Source: Patescibacteria group bacterium (GTDB lineage: Bacteria > Patescibacteriota > Minisyncoccia > Phycocordibacterales > PALSA-1337). Taken from it: 64,000 nucleotides of DNA. A model generated the notes under the pieces. The model did no database searches and had not been told where the DNA came from. It saw only the letters and a list, made by a program, of their open reading frames with translations. Both the position numbers and the translations under genes were made by a program. Below are positions 17,965 through 26,963 of the stretch, piece by piece. Every line of letters starts with the position of its first letter. The stretch's first letter is position 1. The stretch spans positions 2,149 to 66,148 of the forward strand of contig JBBTTD010000005.1 in the NCBI GenBank assembly GCA_038064415.1, written 5' to 3'.

Positions 17965-19470
17965 CTACTTCCTCGCGAACAATGGCTGTACCGGGGTCTT
18001 TTTATCAATAATCAGTTTTTTAATAGTCTCTGAAGTATTTGGGAGAATCGGCGTCAAAAGATTCGCAATCAGCCACAACTCTTCCAATAAATACTTAACC
18101 GCTTTCTCCCCCTTTACTCTATTTTCTTTGATAAGTTTAAATGGGGCATTTTCAGCGATATATTTATCCGATTTCATAATTCTTTCCCAAATCTCATCAC
18201 AGACTTTATTGATTTCAAACCCAGCTAACTTTTTGTCAAATTCTACCCAATCAACTGGTCCTTTTGTATTTTTTTCTTGAATCTTAGATCTTGAATCTTG
18301 AATCTTTCCCGTATCAATCCACACCTCATTTGTTTCCGCCATCTTCAAAATACGACTGGTTAAATTTCCGATACCATTCGCAAGATGAGCGTTGTACCCT
18401 TCTTTGAATTTCTCCATTGTGAATGGACTATCTCCAAATGGACTCAGTCCACGCGCCACATAGTAACGCAAAGCATCTGTGCCATATTCTTTGACAATTT
18501 CCACAGGATCAACAGTATTACCTAGTGATTTAGACATTTTCAAACCGCCTTCACCTGTAATAAAGCCATTGATTACAATGGTATGAGATGGCGGTAATCC
18601 TGCGGCCATCAACATCGCTTGCCACATCGCCGACTGCTGGCGAAGGTTATCTTTGCCACAATATTGAACTACCCCACCAGTTTCCACCCACCATTTCTTA
18701 AAAGCGCCCGCAGACTTTTTGCCAGCAATTTCATCATCAGGCCAACCAACAGTAGAAACATAATTAATTAATGCGTCAAACCAAACATACATGACATGCG
18801 CAGAATCATTTGGCACAGGTATTCCCCACGGCATCTTGGTTGCCAAACGAGAAATGCTAAAATCTTCCAGACCTCGTCCCACGAAAACTTTAATTTCATT
18901 GAGTCGAAAGTCTGGAATCACAAATAACGGATTTTCCAGATACAAATCAAGTAACTGTTTTTGAAAAGCGCTGAATCTGAAGAAATAATTTTCTTCATCA
19001 ATCAAAATCAATTCAGTGGTCGGATGAATAAAACAATGCCCATTCTCTAGTTCAGTATCAGTTATTTCAAGTTCACATCCAGGGCAATATTTGGTTTTAT
19101 ATAATTTTTTATAAATAAACCCGTTTGCATCGCACCGACGCCAAAATTCTTGCGCCGCTTTAGTATGATGTCTATCGGTAGTTCGAATGAAATGAATATC
19201 ATCACTCAATCCGAGAACATCTTTGAGCTCTCTGAATTTGATAACATATCGATCAACAAATGCTTGGGTATCTTCATTAAAATGGAAAGCTTTCTGATAT
19301 ATTTTAACACCATGTTCATCCGTGCCAGTATTGAAAAATACCTCATGTCCCGCAAGTTTTTTGACCCGCGCGATAATGTCGGCGCGAATAATTTCCATGG
19401 CAAAACCAATGTGCGGTTCAGCGTTCACATATGGCAGAGTCGTCGTGATGTAAAAAGGTTTTTTGTTCAT
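17965..19470 (-). CDS. metG: Methionyl-tRNA synthetase
   Basis: 501 aa. HIGH-type motif (PHIGFAMEII), KMSKSLGN, CXXC zinc knuckle (CPGCELE). Confidence 0.92.
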   Translation of the reverse strand: MNKKPFYITTTLPYVNAEPHIGFAMEIIRADIIARVKKLAGHEVFFNTGTDEHGVKIYQKAFHFNEDTQAFVDRYVIKFRELKDVLGLSDDIHFIRTTDRHHTKAAQEFWRRCDANGFIYKKLYKTKYCPGCELEITDTELENGHCFIHPTTELILIDEENYFFRFSAFQKQLLDLYLENPLFVIPDFRLNEIKVFVGRGLEDFSISRLATKMPWGIPVPNDSAHVMYVWFDALINYVSTVGWPDDEIAGKKSAGAFKKWWVETGGVVQYCGKDNLRQQSAMWQAMLMAAGLPPSHTIVINGFITGEGGLKMSKSLGNTVDPVEIVKEYGTDALRYYVARGLSPFGDSPFTMEKFKEGYNAHLANGIGNLTSRILKMAETNEVWIDTGKIQDSRSKIQEKNTKGPVDWVEFDKKLAGFEINKVCDEIWERIMKSDKYIAENAPFKLIKENRVKGEKAVKYLLEELWLIANLLTPILPNTSETIKKLIIDKKTPVQPLFARK

Positions 19471-19480
19471 GCGGAATGGG

Positions 19481-20599
19481 CTAATTTTGAACAGAATTTT
19501 TAACCGCTTCCCTCTCGGCTATTTCAACTTTTTTATATTTCTCAATATCATGAATATATTCCATGAAAGCGGCCGAAAGGGGCACCGCGATCAACGCGCC
19601 AAGCACTCCGGCTAATTTTGCGCCGATTACCAGAGCCAAAATAACCACAATCGGCGATATGCCAACCACTTTTTTGACCACAAGCGGATAAAATAATTGG
19701 CTCTCAAATTGGTAAATAATAAGATAAAGACCAATTAAAAGAAAACCTGTGCCAATGCCATTTTCGGTGAATGCCACGAGAATCGCCGGAACTGACGCGA
19801 TCATTGGGCCAAAGACTGGGATAATTTCCAAAATTGCGGCGAATAAAGCGAGCAGTAACGCGTGTTTAATTCCGACTACCATAAGCACAAGGTATACGAG
19901 TACACCGACGACGATGCCGAGCAAAATCTGACCCTGAAGCCATAGGGCGATCTTACGCTGTGAGCGTTTCCATAAATCTATAATGTAGTTGTGATGTTTT
20001 ACCGGGGTGACTATTCGCAAGAAATCATCAACCCCATCTTCTTTAACTGCCAAATAAAATGACAAAACGATTATTAAAATCAATGACAAAAATCCTCCGA
20101 AAATAACACCCGCGGTCTTAAAGACTCCCCCGCCAGTACCCAAAATTAAATTCTGAAAACCTTTAACATATTCCGCGACCGAAATTGTTTGTCCGACCAC
20201 TGGTGGTGAATTTGAACTAAGACTAATACCAATATCACGAATCGGACTCCAAATGTCATCTAAAGATATAGTACTCGGTAGACCATTCAAAAAATCACTG
20301 GCTTCATTGAGCACTAGAGGCATAAAGAATACAACTATTCCAGCCAAGACCGTGGCAATGATAACATAGATTAAAATCACGCTGATGATTCGGTGTACTT
20401 TATGTCTCTTGAGACGACGAATTACTGGTTCAATAGCTGAAGCTAGGATGATCGCGGCCAAAACCACTAAAAGTACATCGGAAATATAGTAAGCGGCAAC
20501 CAATAATATGGCAAAAAGGAAAAATCTGACAATCGTTCCTGTATTGAGATTTATGTGAATATCTCGGGATAAGTCGGACATGGAATTATTGTAACGCAT
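19481..20599 (-). CDS. AI-2E family transporter (PerM/YhhT-like permease)
   Basis: 372 aa, 8 predicted TM helices, sequence pattern of UPF0118/AI-2E permeases. Confidence 0.8.
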   Translation of the reverse strand: MRYNNSMSDLSRDIHINLNTGTIVRFFLFAILLVAAYYISDVLLVVLAAIILASAIEPVIRRLKRHKVHRIISVILIYVIIATVLAGIVVFFMPLVLNEASDFLNGLPSTISLDDIWSPIRDIGISLSSNSPPVVGQTISVAEYVKGFQNLILGTGGGVFKTAGVIFGGFLSLILIIVLSFYLAVKEDGVDDFLRIVTPVKHHNYIIDLWKRSQRKIALWLQGQILLGIVVGVLVYLVLMVVGIKHALLLALFAAILEIIPVFGPMIASVPAILVAFTENGIGTGFLLIGLYLIIYQFESQLFYPLVVKKVVGISPIVVILALVIGAKLAGVLGALIAVPLSAAFMEYIHDIEKYKKVEIAEREAVKNSVQN

Positions 20600-20601
20600 T
20601 T

Positions 20602-20624
20602 GTCATTCCCGCGAAAGCGGGAAT
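20602..20624. repeat. Palindromic hairpin GTCATTCCCGC-GAAA-GCGGGAAT (family 2, GNRA-type loop)
   Basis: Same stem sequence as 9196-9221. Lies in the 45-bp gap between two minus-strand genes. Confidence 0.6.
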
Positions 20625-20644
20625 CTACGGTGTCAGAATTTTCA

Positions 20645-21913
20645 TCAAAATGAAAAATAACTCTTAAATCCTTCCCCGTCCTTAAACTTCCCCACCACCG
20701 CCATATTCAATCCTCCATTAATAAAAATTTCTCTGGCCAATTTTCGCACATCTTTTACCGTGACTTTTTCCACCTTTTTAATAATTTCTTCCGGCAACTC
20801 AATTTTCTTTTTCAAAATCTCCTGACCACCGCAAAATTCAGCGCGCGCTTCGGAAGTCTCAAGTTCCAGCATTGTGGTGCCAGCAATATAATCCTTGGCT
20901 TTTTTAAGCTCCGCCGCCGAAACCAGTTCATCTCTAAACTTTCTGCATTGCGCCAAAATTTCCTTGACGGCTTCTTCAACACGACTATTATCCACGCCCG
21001 CGGAAATAGTTAGAACTCCATGATCAGTAAATGGATCATGATTGGTTTTGACATAATAGCAAAGACCGAGCTCATCACGCATTCTGGTAAAGAGACGCGA
21101 GCTCATGCCTTTTCCTAGAATCGTGGACAAAACATGCATGACTGGTATCCTCTTATCTAAAATCGGAAAAGTCCTGACGCCGATAACTAGATGGGTCTGA
21201 TCTGTTTCTTTGAATTCAGTCTGAATTTTTGGCGCCTCTTGAGATTCTGTGACTTTGATCTTGTCACTCTTTTTGCCTGAATACATCTTTGCGTAAGCTC
21301 TTTTTATTTTCGCGATACAGTCTTTTTCATCAAATGAACCGGAAACTACAACTGTGGTGGCGCTACTGACATAATGTTGGTCGCGATAATCTACTAAAAC
21401 ATCACGAGTAAATGCTTTGACGTTTTTTTCCGTACCGGCAATAGACCACCCAGCGGGCTGATTTTCGTAGAGGACTTCCATGAATATTTCCTGAACTCTA
21501 GATTGCGGCATATCATTGTACATTCTGATTTCCTCAACAATCACTCCTTTTTCTTTTTCCATTTCTTTCGCCGGAAAAAGTGGGTTTAGATACATATCAG
21601 AAACAATATCTAAAATGGTATCCATATGGCGCGAATCGGCTTTAGCATAGTAGCCGGTATATTCATGGCCGGTAAAAGCGTTGTATTGGGCGCCGATGCT
21701 ATCTAACTCGCGGGAAATATCACCACTTTTAGGTCGTCTAGGAGTCCCCTTGAAAACCATGTGTTCCAAAAAATGTGAAATGCCATTGTTTTTTTTATTT
21801 TCATACTTTGATCCCGCTTCAACCATGACTAAAACAGTGACAGATGGGTTGTCTGTCATAGGAATCGTGATAATACGCAGACCATTCTTGAGAGTAGTTT
21901 TATTGAATCTCAT
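20645..21913 (-). CDS. M16-family zinc peptidase (insulinase-like)
   Basis: 422 aa. Inverted zinc motif HFLEH near the N-terminus; two-domain M16 architecture. Confidence 0.88.
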   Translation of the reverse strand: MRFNKTTLKNGLRIITIPMTDNPSVTVLVMVEAGSKYENKKNNGISHFLEHMVFKGTPRRPKSGDISRELDSIGAQYNAFTGHEYTGYYAKADSRHMDTILDIVSDMYLNPLFPAKEMEKEKGVIVEEIRMYNDMPQSRVQEIFMEVLYENQPAGWSIAGTEKNVKAFTRDVLVDYRDQHYVSSATTVVVSGSFDEKDCIAKIKRAYAKMYSGKKSDKIKVTESQEAPKIQTEFKETDQTHLVIGVRTFPILDKRIPVMHVLSTILGKGMSSRLFTRMRDELGLCYYVKTNHDPFTDHGVLTISAGVDNSRVEEAVKEILAQCRKFRDELVSAAELKKAKDYIAGTTMLELETSEARAEFCGGQEILKKKIELPEEIIKKVEKVTVKDVRKLAREIFINGGLNMAVVGKFKDGEGFKSYFSF

Positions 21914-22083
21914 AGGGTAAATGTAACAGAAAACTTATAAATAGACTAACTTTTCTATATATTCTCGTAAAATAATATACCACACCCCAATTAAAAATGT
22001 CCCGCGCTTTTGGAAAAGCGCGGGACAAGAGCAAAAGTCAAAGTACAAAGCGCAGAAAGTGCACAGTGACCCAGTCTTGAGAA

Positions 22084-22740
22084 CTAACTTGCGGACACCA
22101 CGGCCGGACAGTCGTCGCCCCAGTCACCGTCAAGCCAACTGCAGCCCCAGCCCCACCTGCCGCCGCCCCAAGAGAGGTAACGGACATAGAGGCGGCCATC
22201 GGAGCTGCGGTAGATTGTACCCCAGAAAAAGATGTAGTGAGTGTTTTCCTTTTCATCTTTTTTCCACATCTCGGGAATGAGGTGCGGATTCTTGAGTAAA
22301 TAGTCCAGAACATTGGCGTTCAAGACCGGTTGTTTGGCGAGGTCTTTACGGAGCTCGTCACCTACGATGACATTTCTTTTCTTTTGTGGCTTAGACAGAT
22401 AGAAGTCAATTTTCTTACCGTCTAGGTAAAGATCATCACCTTTCCGTTCTAGCTTCGCCACCTTACCTTTCCGGTGCTCTTCCACCTTCCAACCATCGGG
22501 TAGGAACGGATCCGTACCAAGGTCTATGGCGTGTTCAATCGGTTTGATTTCGGCGTGGCCTAGTTGAACATTCCTCACATTGGCGAGAAAATCTCCCTTT
22601 GTAAGTCCTTTGACTTCGTCCAACGACTGAAAGCCGTTGCGATTGAGTGCATGCTCAATTTCTTGAGCCAAACCGACACTAAGACTGATTAACTTGTCAC
22701 TCATATGACTTGTCTTTCTAATAGTTGTGGACATGTTCAA
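22084..22740 (-). CDS. Hypothetical protein with Trp/Gly-rich C-terminal tail
   Basis: 218 aa. Last ~45 codons lie in a locally GC-rich segment (21914-22200) and encode ...YLSWGGGRWGWGCSWLDGDWGDDCPAVV. No recognised domain. Confidence 0.45.
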   Translation of the reverse strand: MNMSTTIRKTSHMSDKLISLSVGLAQEIEHALNRNGFQSLDEVKGLTKGDFLANVRNVQLGHAEIKPIEHAIDLGTDPFLPDGWKVEEHRKGKVAKLERKGDDLYLDGKKIDFYLSKPQKKRNVIVGDELRKDLAKQPVLNANVLDYLLKNPHLIPEMWKKDEKENTHYIFFWGTIYRSSDGRLYVRYLSWGGGRWGWGCSWLDGDWGDDCPAVVSAS

Positions 22741-22862
22741 ATTATAAACTCGTCCAACTGTTGGGCTTGCAGTGTAGCTTCGCCACAGCAGATAATGGCC
22801 TAAAATAAGCCACTTTCTGCCATGGCGAATGCAAGTTAGAATATCAAAGAACTATTGGGGTA

Positions 22863-24236
22863 TTATAGCATATCTGACTTGATTTTGTCAAGTAATTCCC
22901 CTTCACCAACCCTCTCCTGCTTACCAGTATCTCTATCTCTCATTGTCACCCCGTTGCCTTTTTCAATAGTCTCAAAATCAATCGTAATGCAATACGGCGT
23001 GCCGATCTCATCTTGTCGGCGATAGCGTTTGCCAATGTTGCCATTGTCGTCAAAAGTCACGGCTGGAATTACTTTTTTAATTGTTTTGTAAATTTCTTCG
23101 GCCTTCTTGACTAATTCTGGTTTATTTCGCAAAAGTGGAAATACCGCGACCTTATAAGGCGCGACCGATGGAGTAAGTCTCAAAAATACGCGCTTTTCTT
23201 GCTTAGTCAACTTGGCTTCAGCTGAAGTAGATTGATTTTCATCTGACGCGCCAGCACTTCCCATTTCATCTTCCGTATACGCATCCGCCAATATTGCTAA
23301 TACGGTGCGATCCAATCCAAATGACGGCTCAATGCAATGTGGAAAAAATCTTTCTTTGGTCTCATCATCATAATATGACAAATCAACCTTGCTGAATTCT
23401 GAATGTTGTTTCAAATCAAAATCAGCGCGATACGCGAGACCATACAATTCTTTTCTGCCAAAAGGAAAATCAAACTCAAAATCAATCGTCCGTTTTGAGT
23501 AATGGGCGCGTTCGCCATCAGGTACTTCTAGTTCGTGAACTTTTTTTGAATCCAACCCAAGTTCTGAAATAAAAGCTTTCATTTCGTCGCGGAAATGTTC
23601 AAAGGTTTTCTCCCAATCTTTTGGATTGACGAAATATTCTATCTCCATCTGCTCAAATTCACGCGCACGGAACAGAAAATCCCGCGGAGCAATCTCATTC
23701 CGAAAGGCCTTCCCTATTTGCGCCATACCGAATGGAAGTTTTGGATGAAATGTATCTAAAATGTTTTTGAAATTCACGAACATTCCTTGAGCAGTCTCCG
23801 GACGAAGATATGAAATTGAAGCGGTGTTTTCGCCGGCGCCGACATGCGTCTTGAACATCATGTTGAATTGTTTAACTTCACCAAGTTGTCCTCCACAATC
23901 GGAACATTTCTCAGCATCAGAAATCTGATCAGCGCGAAAACGATGTTTGCATTTTTTGCACTCAACCAAAGGATCCGCAAATCCGTCTACATGACCGCTT
24001 GCCTCCCAAGTTTTTTGATTCATGAGAATGGCGGCATCGGTAGCATACATATCATCACGATTTTCAACGAAACGATTCCACCAGACTTTTTTGATGTTAT
24101 TCTTCAAAGCTACACCCAGTGGCCCATAATCCCACATGCCAGCCAATCCACCATAAATATCAGAACCAGGAAAAATAAAACCTCGGCGCTTGCACAGGGC
24201 GACTAACAAATCCATGACATTTTCTTTTTTTACCAT
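22863..24236 (-). CDS. glyQS: Glycyl-tRNA synthetase (class II, alpha2 type)
   Basis: 457 aa. N-terminal RRGFIFPGSDIYGGLAGMWDYGPLG and class II motifs typical of dimeric GlyRS. Confidence 0.92.
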   Translation of the reverse strand: MVKKENVMDLLVALCKRRGFIFPGSDIYGGLAGMWDYGPLGVALKNNIKKVWWNRFVENRDDMYATDAAILMNQKTWEASGHVDGFADPLVECKKCKHRFRADQISDAEKCSDCGGQLGEVKQFNMMFKTHVGAGENTASISYLRPETAQGMFVNFKNILDTFHPKLPFGMAQIGKAFRNEIAPRDFLFRAREFEQMEIEYFVNPKDWEKTFEHFRDEMKAFISELGLDSKKVHELEVPDGERAHYSKRTIDFEFDFPFGRKELYGLAYRADFDLKQHSEFSKVDLSYYDDETKERFFPHCIEPSFGLDRTVLAILADAYTEDEMGSAGASDENQSTSAEAKLTKQEKRVFLRLTPSVAPYKVAVFPLLRNKPELVKKAEEIYKTIKKVIPAVTFDDNGNIGKRYRRQDEIGTPYCITIDFETIEKGNGVTMRDRDTGKQERVGEGELLDKIKSDML

Positions 24237-24293
24237 GGAGACATTCTATAACAAAAAAGAAGAATTACCAACGAAGGATATATTTTACTGCCA

Positions 24294-26240
24294 TCACTTA
24301 ACAACCACCCCCTGTCCATCCTTATAGTTCGGATCTGTACTAAAACGCGTGGAAAGATAATCTTGTTTGCTCTGAAGTTGCGCTCCCGTGAAGCTATCGG
24401 TAGCCGTAAGTATGGATTGATTAACCAAAGTCGGATTGTCTCCTTCTTGAATAACACTTGGCAAGAATGAGATTTGGAAATTGACTTCTCTCCTTCTAGA
24501 TGAATCAATCGTGTAGGTACTGACATTGCCGATATTCCAAGTCACTGTTCCACTATTTTCATCATAAGTAACCGACTCACTTGAAGGACTGACGACATTC
24601 AGCCATTTAACATATGGCGGCAAGGTGGCGATAACTTTGGCACCACCAACCGCGCTTGAAGTATTATCAACTGTCCAAACTACCGTATAAGTCGTCGGTT
24701 GTTCAACTTTTGGAGGAACTGGTCCTGTATTCGTAAATGGTCCGATAGTGCGCACAACGCGACCTGTTAGAGAAACATTGGAAGATACTCGGGTCGTTCT
24801 AGAAACCGAAGAAGAGAGCACGCTTGGTACATTTGATTCTTGAGTGCGATTGCCGGCAACACCGGCGGTAAAAGTAATGATTGGGTTAACGATTGGATTG
24901 GTAACGGTACTTTTGTCAGTGGGTATTATTGAGAAAGATACTGTACCGCTTTTCCCGGCGTCCACGGAAGCAAAATCACTATTAGTTTGTTGACTCCAAA
25001 TAATCTCATCTGTGGCGGAATTGTAGTAACCAACATCTGGCGCGACGGATGTTTTTTCATAAGCAGATCCAGAAAGTTTAACGGTGATTACCATGTTTGA
25101 AACCGTAGTCGTCAAATTATTGAACCAACCGACGCTGATACGCTCACTCCGACCAAACTGACTGACAAAATCACTTGAAGCGTCATTACCATCAATCAAT
25201 ATGCCCAAAGAAATAAACGGTTTCTGAATAGTCATGATTTGATCGGTGGACATGTATTGCGTGCCGATTGATTTTGGATCAGTTGAACTCTGCGCGCCCG
25301 CGATGAAACGAAATACTCGTGTATCATTATCTTCACCCTGAATCTTTCCGCGAATAGTCACTATTCGTTCTCCACCAGGTGGAATATCGCCAATTTTCCA
25401 AGTAGCATTGTCAGAAAGTGATTTGATGTCGGCTGATATAAAACTGAAACCAAAAGGATAACTGGCCTTCAGTAAAACATTTTTAAGGACATCCTGGGAA
25501 TTTGATCTGAGACTGACCTTCATGTCAAATTCTTGACCAGAAGTGATTTCATTAAACGAAGAAGCCGTCAAAAGTATTGGCGAGGAATTGATCAAAACAT
25601 CGTAGGAAGTCTTTTTGGTAAATAAAGAGCTTGATCCTTTTATTTTATAAGTAACGCTGACTTCAATAGATTTTTGGAGATTTTCTTCACCAAACATTAT
25701 GGCACTAACTGTTTTGCGCGCGGAACCGCCCGCAGGAATGTCACCGAACAATTCGCGAAATGTTTTCAATTCTTGAGTGGAATCTTTGGAATCGGTCGTA
25801 CCAGCGGGAAAATCAATCGCCAAGTCAGCGCCCTGCAAATCAACATTGTTTTTATTCAAAACAGTTATATCAAATGAAACGATCGCTCCGCCCGGAATGG
25901 AAACAGGGCCACTGATGGAAATATCTATATTATTCGCGGAAATGAGATTGGAACCATTATAAAAAATGTAAGCCCCAATGCCGACGGCGACAATACAAAA
26001 TATCAGTGAGCCAATCAATAGTTTTGTAAAAAATGACATGGAATGATCTTCATAATGCGTGTTTAAAATAGGTTTGAGATCTTCATCTTTGGGGTGTTCC
26101 CAATCGGTTCTAACTTGACTATCACTGGGCGTGAAGCGAAGTTTGCGGCGAGTCCGTACATCAGGAGTATTGCGCGAATACAGCGATTTTTTCAACTCCT
26201 CTATACGATTTTTCTCTTCACTTGGGGGCATATCAATCAA
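24294..26240 (-). CDS. Large membrane-anchored hypothetical protein (cytoplasmic N-terminus, one TM, beta-rich extracellular region)
   Basis: 648 aa. TM segment FFTKLLIGSLIFCIVAVGIGAYIF after a ~70-aa charged N-terminus. No recognised catalytic motif. Confidence 0.65.
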   Translation of the reverse strand: MIDMPPSEEKNRIEELKKSLYSRNTPDVRTRRKLRFTPSDSQVRTDWEHPKDEDLKPILNTHYEDHSMSFFTKLLIGSLIFCIVAVGIGAYIFYNGSNLISANNIDISISGPVSIPGGAIVSFDITVLNKNNVDLQGADLAIDFPAGTTDSKDSTQELKTFRELFGDIPAGGSARKTVSAIMFGEENLQKSIEVSVTYKIKGSSSLFTKKTSYDVLINSSPILLTASSFNEITSGQEFDMKVSLRSNSQDVLKNVLLKASYPFGFSFISADIKSLSDNATWKIGDIPPGGERIVTIRGKIQGEDNDTRVFRFIAGAQSSTDPKSIGTQYMSTDQIMTIQKPFISLGILIDGNDASSDFVSQFGRSERISVGWFNNLTTTVSNMVITVKLSGSAYEKTSVAPDVGYYNSATDEIIWSQQTNSDFASVDAGKSGTVSFSIIPTDKSTVTNPIVNPIITFTAGVAGNRTQESNVPSVLSSSVSRTTRVSSNVSLTGRVVRTIGPFTNTGPVPPKVEQPTTYTVVWTVDNTSSAVGGAKVIATLPPYVKWLNVVSPSSESVTYDENSGTVTWNIGNVSTYTIDSSRRREVNFQISFLPSVIQEGDNPTLVNQSILTATDSFTGAQLQSKQDYLSTRFSTDPNYKDGQGVVVK

Positions 26241-26301
26241 TTATACAATGATCAATAACCAATGACCAATGGTTTATACGCGCGAAAATACGATGACGAT
26301 T

Positions 26302-26961
26302 TCAGAGGTGTGACTCTTTCAAGGCCTTATTTATATGTGCGTTGATATTCATTCTTTGCGAACCAACTTCATCTAATAGTTGAACACCTAAATTGTCGGC
26401 CGTAATTTTTGGATTTAATTTTTTATCTGCGCCAATGTATCCAAGCAGATGTAAAATCCTAAAAACAATAACTGATTCAGTAGTTTTCAATCGTATGTCC
26501 GACAAATCCTCTGAACTCTCAATAAAAGCGAAAGATTTTTCAATATGGTCAAACAATTCCGGATGCGCCTCTTCGCCATGGAGCAATCGACGCAGAAGCA
26601 GAACTATTCTGCCAATAATCTCTTTTAATTCACTGCTATTTTTAGCTTTCTCATTTTTTTGTTTTCCTGTCGCCCTTATCGCATTTCGCCCGTCCCAATT
26701 TGTTTCTTGCGACTTTCTACTCTCATCTCGCAACTGATTCGCATTCGTCAATCGCCAATACTCTTTTCCTCTAACAAAAGAAAATTCACCAAAAGAATAC
26801 TCTTGGGAATGAAAGCGTAATTTTGACTTTTCTAATCGTATTCCTTGCGCACTGACCATTATCAGACCTAGATCTCTGGTAAAAATAGAGAAAACTTTTC
26901 CAGACTCACCTCTTGGTCTAGATTCAATGATGAAGCCGGGGGTTGTAGTTACCAAATACAT
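26302..26961 (-). CDS. recO: DNA repair protein RecO
   Basis: 219 aa. N-terminal OB fold GFIIESRPRGESGKVFSIFTRDLGLIMVSAQGIR matching RecO. Confidence 0.75.
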   Translation of the reverse strand: MYLVTTTPGFIIESRPRGESGKVFSIFTRDLGLIMVSAQGIRLEKSKLRFHSQEYSFGEFSFVRGKEYWRLTNANQLRDESRKSQETNWDGRNAIRATGKQKNEKAKNSSELKEIIGRIVLLLRRLLHGEEAHPELFDHIEKSFAFIESSEDLSDIRLKTTESVIVFRILHLLGYIGADKKLNPKITADNLGVQLLDEVGSQRMNINAHINKALKESHL

Positions 26962-26963
26962 GA

